The notes below the pieces were generated by a model. It searched no databases. It was not told the origin of the DNA and saw nothing but the letters and a program-made list of their open reading frames with translations. The position numbers and the translations under genes were made by a program. Source: a virus (lineage: Duplodnaviria; Caudoviricetes). From it: 26,302 nucleotides of DNA. Below, piece after piece: positions 16,614-23,336 of this stretch (within the stretch, counting starts at the first letter, position 1; every line of letters begins with the position of its first letter). Where the stretch lies: positions 1 to 26,302 of IMG/VR virus record IMGVR_UViG_3300015050_000883; one strand, written 5' to 3'.

Positions 16614-19600
16614 TGAAGAAGCCTAATTTAAATACAATTATAGCTAACAACTTAAACAAAACTGCACATGTTCCTAATAAAGGAATGAGTGGGTTGCCTA
16701 ATAAAAAAGCAACTGTTCCTTTTGTTTCTAATGAGGGTTATAAGAATGGGTTGCCTCCAGTTGGAAGTCATTATAGAATTCCATCTGATACATTATATAA
16801 TCCAACCCCGTATAGAATTAAAGCCACTCCTAATAATGGACCTTCTAAATGGTTAGAAGCATATGATACAAGTAACACTCAATTTCCAGGAGCTGACTAT
16901 GTAGATGAACAACATTATGATACGGGTGGTTATATTTCAGATAAAGCTAAAGCTACACAATTTGGTCAGTATGCTGAGGGAGGCTCTTCATGGATGTTAA
17001 CTAATCCTAATAGAATATCTACATACTTTCCTAGAATGGCTAATGGTGGAGGTCTTCTTAGTAGAACAGTGACATGTTCTAATTGTGGATGGTCTTGGAA
17101 AGCAGTAGATGGTGGAATAGATCCTATGACATGTCATAAGTGTGGTGGTACTATTAAAATGAAGAATGGTGGAGATATATCTATACCAGATTTACAATAT
17201 GGAGGATTAAATAATATTTCTAAACTTATTTCTATAGATATAGAACCTAAACCTATAGAACCTAAACCTACAGAAGGAACTAATAAACAAAAAGATTGGT
17301 TACTATCTTATATTAAGTCCCCTATGTATAGAGAAAGACTTAAAAAAGAATTTCCTGATCAAAACAATGCTTTTATAACTAATGAGGTTAATGAAAGATT
17401 TAACAATGTACTTAATGAAAAAGTTGATTATGTTAAGTCTATAGCAAAAGAACCTGAATATATATCTGGTATAACTATACCTAAGCAATATGAAGGTGAA
17501 TGGTATGATTACAAACAAGATAAATTCTTACCTGGTAAATGGGGTCCTGATTCTTATGGTAGAGGAAATGATAAACCAGGTCATATTTATTTAGAAAATG
17601 AATATAGACCTAATGCATGGAATCCTACAAAAGGATTTGAAACAACTCCTTTACATGAGTTTGGTCATGCAGCAGATGATGGAGGTGTAAGAATTCCTAC
17701 ATCTACTAAAAAGAAAATTTTTAATTATACTAAGTCTGATGCTAGTGCACCTAGATATAGAAGTAAAGGTATGACATTTAATTACTATAATACTCCTACA
17801 GAATTTATAAATAGAATTCAACCTATAAGATATTTACTAGATAAGAATAATATATACGATGCAAAGACTAATGTTTTTGGAGAGAAAGAATATAATAAAA
17901 TGTTTAAGAATTCTGAAATAATAAAAAATGTACATTTTCAGGATGTAATGAATACTCTTAAAGGAACAGCTGAACAAAAGAAAGCTGCCTTTATAGATAT
18001 AATGAATAGTGTTGCTCAGAATGATCAACCTCAAAATGAGGATATGCAGTATGCTGAAGATGGAGTTATTGTAACAAAAACCACTACTAGAAAAATTTTA
18101 GAATCATCTAGTGAATTAAAAGATTTCATGAAAGACTGGAACAACTCTCCTATGGCTACACAAATGTTACAAAATAGTGTAGACAAAGATGATCCAGCTG
18201 GTATTAATTCTATTTATGCTAGAAAAATAAGAGATCAAAGAAATAATTTAATTTCTACTGCACCTATGTATGTTATGGGAGAAAAAGAACTTTTAAAAAA
18301 ATATGCAAATTTAACTAAGAAAGAAGCTGATCCTGGTTTAGGTGGGTATGCTGTATACAATGAAACAGATTACAATTTAATTCGTGATTTTCCAAAAATA
18401 TTTGCAAATCCAGGAGCTTTTGTTAGATTTTTTGGTAATAATGCAAAACATGATGTTTACACTAAAGCAGCTACAAGAAGTCCTAAAAATTACAAATACG
18501 AAGTAAATTCAAAGGATTTTAATGGAAATAAAGAAGAAACTGATGAAGTATTTATTCATGAGTTATCACATGCTGGTGATTATGGTGGATTTTTTATGCC
18601 TGATTCTGATAAAAGAAAAATTGATAGATATGCATATTCTGCTCCTAAATTTAGTCCTCCTGAAGCTGAAGTTAAACCAGCTCCTTTTAATATGCTGAAG
18701 AATACAATGGGTAAAAATGCAGCATCATCTACATATCTTGCAAAACCATTTGTACTAAATAATAATAGAAAACTGTTAAGTGATTATAAGGCCTATGTAG
18801 CAGTACCAACTGAGACTAGAGCTAGATTAATGAACTTTAGATATAATGCAAAAAATCAAAAACTCTATAATCCATTTACTCAGAAAGCAACTAAAAAAGT
18901 ATTAGATCAATACGATAAGGGTGATATTAAATTTCGAGGATATGATCCATTATTTCAACTTAGAGAGGTTTATACTGATGATCAAATAGTAGATCTTCTT
19001 AATACTATTTCTAAGACTAAAACAATACCTTTTCAAAATACTGATACAGGTAAATATGGTGGAATATTTGAGAACGGTGGTTCATTAAATCAATATGATG
19101 TAGGTGGATTAACATGTCCACCAGGGTTTTTTCCTAAGCCTCCATACAATGGATGTTTTAATGCACAAGGACAAACCCCTGAACAAGTACAAGCTGAAGT
19201 AGGAAAAAAAGGAATATATCATGCTATTACTAATCCTAATGGAGTTAGACCTAGCTTATCCCCAAATTTATTTTCTAGTGTAACTAAACAAACTACTCAG
19301 TCTCCTCTTACTAAAAATACTATTTTAAATGAACCATTAGCTAACAGTAACAGTTACATTCAACAACAACAACTGCAGAAAATAAACAATACAGAACGTG
19401 TAGAAAATAATAAATTAAAAAATAAAATATCAAATCAACCACAACTAAGACAAGCTAGAGGTTATGAAACACCTTATGAAAGAGAAAGAAGAACAGCACT
19501 AAATAGTAGTTATGTAGGAAGTAATCAACATGCAGGATTAGATGATAATGGTAACATTGTAGAAAAATATTCAGATACAGATTTATCTGGTAAAATAATA

Positions 19601-21097
19601 GATCGAAATGCTAACCGTCAAAGACGTATATTAAGTACAGTGGGAGGTTTAGCAGCACCATTTGCAGTAGGGACAGCAGTAGCTTCAGCTCCATTTGTTG
19701 CAGCAGCAGCTACACCTTATGTAGCAGCTACAAGTGCTGCATTTAATGCTCCTATTGCAGGAGTTGCTGGACTTACTCCTAGTAGTTTATTAAGTGCTTA
19801 CACCGGATATAAAGGTATTGAACACCTTCCTCATCTTGCTCATTCATATGAAGAAGTTTATCATGACCCTACTAATTGGAAAAATTGGGGAGACGCTGCT
19901 GCACAAACCTTAAATACTGCATTACATTTATATCCTTTAGCTAGTGAAATAAAGGCAGGTATTAATACTTATAGAGGAGTTAATCATATTGCCCATGAAA
20001 GTCTTGGTAAAGTTGTATTGGATAAAACAGCAGAAGAAGGTCTTAAACAAACTTCTAATTTCTTAAAACCAATAGAAACTCCTGTTTTAAATACAACACC
20101 TGTTTTTGCTAGTCCTGGTCCAAAAAGTAAAAAATCAAGTCCTGAAACTTCAAGAACTACAATTCCTGCACATAAGTATGGTGGTTATACAAGAGGATGG
20201 GTAGATAAATATGCAACAGGAGGTTTGACAACAAATACTACAACAATATCACCGCATATACAAAATTATTCAGATAATACAAGAACAAATCTTGCAACTC
20301 AATTATCTTTGAGAGCTGCTCTTGAAAATAATAGAGATCGTGAAGTTAATAGTGATGCTACAGAAGCTAAGAAATTTATGATGGATTATTATAACTCACC
20401 AATGTTTAAAGAGTTATATAGTAATAGTGTAGCTGCCGATAAAAAAATGGGGAAGAATCCAATAGACTTACATACAGATTTAAGTGATATTGAGTTTAGT
20501 CGTGCACCTATACTTTCAAACAATCCCAATATAGGGGGTATTTCTTATTTTAAAAATAGAGTTCCTCATATAGATCAAAAAAATTCTATGTTATTCCGTC
20601 CATGGAATGACATTGCTGTTCATGAAGTAAGTCATCAACTTGATTATAATGGACATGCTATACCACAAACTGATATTGATTTAATTAATAAAAATAAAAA
20701 AATAGCACCTAAACCATACTATGGACAATTACCTTCAATAAAACAATGGTTTATAGATTCTAAAGAATATAACGAAAAGGTAAAACGTAACTTAGAATTT
20801 CAAAGATATGTTGCTGATCCTACAGAAACATTAGCAAGACTTAGAACTGCTAAATATTTAGCAAAGAAAAATGGTATATATGATCCTTTTAAACAAAAGG
20901 TAAATAAAGAACAATATAAAAAAATAAAAAATGTAATGGGTTCGGATGGGTTTAATCCAATTGATCAATTGGAGATGATTTATACACCAGAACAGATTAT
21001 AGAAATGATGAATAAAATAGCTCAAAATAAAACTAAAAATTCAGATGTAGCTAAATACGGTGGTACATCAGGTGAATGGCTAAATAGATATCTATAA
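16613..21097 (+). CDS. Virion cargo/ejection-like polyvalent protein with three zincin domains, Zn ribbon and hydrophobic segment (1494 aa)
   Basis: HEFGH (17654), HELSH (18557) and HEVSH (20621), each followed by a PTE..[A/N]R helix. CxxC..CxxC at about 17075-17152; Ala-rich hydrophobic tract at 19628-19810. Directly after the muzzle (TAATG overlap). Confidence 0.7.
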   Translation: MKKPNLNTIIANNLNKTAHVPNKGMSGLPNKKATVPFVSNEGYKNGLPPVGSHYRIPSDTLYNPTPYRIKATPNNGPSKWLEAYDTSNTQFPGADYVDEQHYDTGGYISDKAKATQFGQYAEGGSSWMLTNPNRISTYFPRMANGGGLLSRTVTCSNCGWSWKAVDGGIDPMTCHKCGGTIKMKNGGDISIPDLQYGGLNNISKLISIDIEPKPIEPKPTEGTNKQKDWLLSYIKSPMYRERLKKEFPDQNNAFITNEVNERFNNVLNEKVDYVKSIAKEPEYISGITIPKQYEGEWYDYKQDKFLPGKWGPDSYGRGNDKPGHIYLENEYRPNAWNPTKGFETTPLHEFGHAADDGGVRIPTSTKKKIFNYTKSDASAPRYRSKGMTFNYYNTPTEFINRIQPIRYLLDKNNIYDAKTNVFGEKEYNKMFKNSEIIKNVHFQDVMNTLKGTAEQKKAAFIDIMNSVAQNDQPQNEDMQYAEDGVIVTKTTTRKILESSSELKDFMKDWNNSPMATQMLQNSVDKDDPAGINSIYARKIRDQRNNLISTAPMYVMGEKELLKKYANLTKKEADPGLGGYAVYNETDYNLIRDFPKIFANPGAFVRFFGNNAKHDVYTKAATRSPKNYKYEVNSKDFNGNKEETDEVFIHELSHAGDYGGFFMPDSDKRKIDRYAYSAPKFSPPEAEVKPAPFNMLKNTMGKNAASSTYLAKPFVLNNNRKLLSDYKAYVAVPTETRARLMNFRYNAKNQKLYNPFTQKATKKVLDQYDKGDIKFRGYDPLFQLREVYTDDQIVDLLNTISKTKTIPFQNTDTGKYGGIFENGGSLNQYDVGGLTCPPGFFPKPPYNGCFNAQGQTPEQVQAEVGKKGIYHAITNPNGVRPSLSPNLFSSVTKQTTQSPLTKNTILNEPLANSNSYIQQQQLQKINNTERVENNKLKNKISNQPQLRQARGYETPYERERRTALNSSYVGSNQHAGLDDNGNIVEKYSDTDLSGKIIDRNANRQRRILSTVGGLAAPFAVGTAVASAPFVAAAATPYVAATSAAFNAPIAGVAGLTPSSLLSAYTGYKGIEHLPHLAHSYEEVYHDPTNWKNWGDAAAQTLNTALHLYPLASEIKAGINTYRGVNHIAHESLGKVVLDKTAEEGLKQTSNFLKPIETPVLNTTPVFASPGPKSKKSSPETSRTTIPAHKYGGYTRGWVDKYATGGLTTNTTTISPHIQNYSDNTRTNLATQLSLRAALENNRDREVNSDATEAKKFMMDYYNSPMFKELYSNSVAADKKMGKNPIDLHTDLSDIEFSRAPILSNNPNIGGISYFKNRVPHIDQKNSMLFRPWNDIAVHEVSHQLDYNGHAIPQTDIDLINKNKKIAPKPYYGQLPSIKQWFIDSKEYNEKVKRNLEFQRYVADPTETLARLRTAKYLAKKNGIYDPFKQKVNKEQYKKIKNVMGSDGFNPIDQLEMIYTPEQIIEMMNKIAQNKTKNSDVAKYGGTSGEWLNRYL
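17240..17269 (+). repeat. 15-nt tandem repeat ATAGAACCTAAACCT x2 (IEPKP)
   Basis: Direct reading. Confidence 0.85.
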
Positions 21098-21126
21098 ATA
21101 ATTATAAATTAAATAAATTAAAAACA

Positions 21127-23334
21127 ATGATTAATCAATTTTTAAAATTAGGTGGAGTTAATACAATAGAAGAGTTCTATAGTAAATTTCCAACAGAATC
21201 TCATTTTGATAACCATGTTTACCAGATGAAATATGGTGGTGGTGTGGATGTATATAATGATGGAGGTTCTTATCGTAGCTATCAAGAGGGAAGTACTGTA
21301 ACTGCTGATCCAAAACCTTATGGAGGTGTAAGTATAGTGGATTTATTAGTTTCTAAAGGTAAAGCTTCAAACTATGCATCAAGAAAAAAGTTTGCTGAAT
21401 CTTTAGGTATGACTGGATATACTGGTAGAGCAGGAGAAAATAATAAACTTATAAATATGATTAACAGTAAACCAGATATTTTAAATAACTATGAAGTTGT
21501 TAAAGAATCTGCTAAGTCTGTTACTAAAGCTAAAACTAAAGCTTCTAAAGAATATCAGCCTACACAGGAAGAAATTAATGCTTTTATAGCTTCAGAAAAA
21601 TCAAGACAAGCTAAAGAAAACCCTTATATAACGGCTCCAGCAAATAATGGTTTTAAATCATATTCTTCAGATAAAAGTAATTTTGGTGTGTTTCCATTTG
21701 ATAATAATAGTTATTTAGCACAACCTACTAAACAAAGTAATCCTACTAAACAAAGTAATCCTGCTGATTGGAAAGGTAGAAATCAAAAAGGTCAATTACT
21801 ATCTAATTTTAAAAAAGCAGAACAAATTGCAACTCCACAAACACCAAGTGAGTTGTTTAATTATCCTTGGATGAAAGATATAATAAAAAATTATAATCTT
21901 CCTAAGTCAACTAAACCAGTAATTGGCACAGAAGCTGATGCTAGATATTTAGAATCTGGAATGATTACAGATAAAAATAAAGGTGTTATGTATGTTGTAA
22001 TAGATGGTAAGGTTGTTAAAACTTTTCCTGTAATGACTGGTTTAAATAAAGATGGAGAAATAAATGATACAGGAGTAGGACAGATAGACCAATTATTTAA
22101 AACTGACCCAAAAAAAGCAAATAAAGCTAAAGCTACTCCAACAGGTACTTATTTATCAGTTCCTGTTCCTCATGTATATGGTAAAAAAGGATTTGCAATG
22201 AATCCTATACCTGCATTTGGAGAAGCTGCTCCTAAAGTTACAGATCTGTATCAACATACTATATACGGAACTAATCCTCGTGTTGGAGATTCTGGTTATG
22301 ATCCTAAAGAAGGTGCTAGAAGACTTAAAATTATGAAAGGACCTGGTGAAAAAAGAAATGCTAGCTATGGTTGTACTAACTTATATGGACAAGATATAGA
22401 CTGTTTAACAGGACAATTATTTCCTAAAGGAGATACAACCATAGTAGTTGATAGTAGAAGAGCTAAAGATCAAAATTTTTTAAAGAACAAATATGGTATA
22501 AAAGAATATGGTGGAGATGCTTATGCTAATGTACCTCAACATGGTAATCCAGGTGTATATGCAGATGGATATAGTGGTACATCTAGTGGTGGTCAATACT
22601 TTGATTATGGTGGTTCTTATATTCCTGATTATAGTGAGTCAGCATATAACCTTCCTCAATATGAAATGGGTATGGCGGAAGGTGGTCCTATATACAGTGA
22701 TATGACACAATATAATCATCAAGGAATAGTACCAGCTTTTGATTGGATGCAAGATGGTGGTTCTCCTTTGTACAGTACACAAGGTCAACAATTACGTAAC
22801 TTTATGAATACTGTAGGATATACTCCAGATGGTTGGATGCCTAATCATATACAACTTCCTCCTGTAGGTCCTAGAAGGTATGATGATGGTGGTATGTCTC
22901 CTGATCAAGCTGCAATGATGGCTCAACAACAAGAACAACAAGTTTCTCCACAGGGAGCACCAGAACAAAATGGTGGTGGAATTGATCCACAACAAATTAT
23001 GCAAGAAGTTGCCCAGATGTTACAGCAAGGTGCTCAACCTGAACAAATAATGCAACAACTTATACAAGAAGGTGTACCACAAGAAATGGCACAACAAATT
23101 ATACAACAAGTTATACAACAAATGCAAGTTGGACAAGAGCAAGAACAAGCTCTACAACAAGAAGCTATGGAAGGAGCACCACAAGCAATGTATGGTATGG
23201 GAATGAAATATGGTGGAAGTAATGATAAAAAAGGTAAATTTGCTAATCAATATAAAGTTGGTGGTGAATATAATATGAATGATACTGATATTAAAAAATT
23301 AATAGATCAAGGTTATAAAATTCAATATATATAA
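21127..23334 (+). CDS. Virion cargo-like protein with DUF3597-like putative cell-wall-binding domain and YkuD-like L,D-transpeptidase domain (735 aa)
   Basis: SIVDLL..KG..SNYASRKKFA..LG..GYTG....N..L at 21331-21462. YVVIDGKVVKTFPVMTG, TPTG.Y, His (22255) and ASYGCTN (Cys 22372). Gln/Met-rich helical block near the C-terminus. Confidence 0.75.
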   Translation: MINQFLKLGGVNTIEEFYSKFPTESHFDNHVYQMKYGGGVDVYNDGGSYRSYQEGSTVTADPKPYGGVSIVDLLVSKGKASNYASRKKFAESLGMTGYTGRAGENNKLINMINSKPDILNNYEVVKESAKSVTKAKTKASKEYQPTQEEINAFIASEKSRQAKENPYITAPANNGFKSYSSDKSNFGVFPFDNNSYLAQPTKQSNPTKQSNPADWKGRNQKGQLLSNFKKAEQIATPQTPSELFNYPWMKDIIKNYNLPKSTKPVIGTEADARYLESGMITDKNKGVMYVVIDGKVVKTFPVMTGLNKDGEINDTGVGQIDQLFKTDPKKANKAKATPTGTYLSVPVPHVYGKKGFAMNPIPAFGEAAPKVTDLYQHTIYGTNPRVGDSGYDPKEGARRLKIMKGPGEKRNASYGCTNLYGQDIDCLTGQLFPKGDTTIVVDSRRAKDQNFLKNKYGIKEYGGDAYANVPQHGNPGVYADGYSGTSSGGQYFDYGGSYIPDYSESAYNLPQYEMGMAEGGPIYSDMTQYNHQGIVPAFDWMQDGGSPLYSTQGQQLRNFMNTVGYTPDGWMPNHIQLPPVGPRRYDDGGMSPDQAAMMAQQQEQQVSPQGAPEQNGGGIDPQQIMQEVAQMLQQGAQPEQIMQQLIQEGVPQEMAQQIIQQVIQQMQVGQEQEQALQQEAMEGAPQAMYGMGMKYGGSNDKKGKFANQYKVGGEYNMNDTDIKKLIDQGYKIQYI
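21724..21759 (+). repeat. 18-nt tandem repeat CCTACTAAACAAAGTAAT x2 (PTKQSN)
   Basis: Direct reading. Confidence 0.85.
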
Positions 23335-23336
23335 TT

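Noticed and set aside
14390-18590. GG-like matches inside folded domains (SAYGG in the muzzle, GDYGG after HELSH; also YVIGG in the phosphoesterase)
   Set aside because: They lie in domain cores or catalytic motifs, so they were treated as background and left out of the GG-motif count. They show the motif alone is not fully specific.
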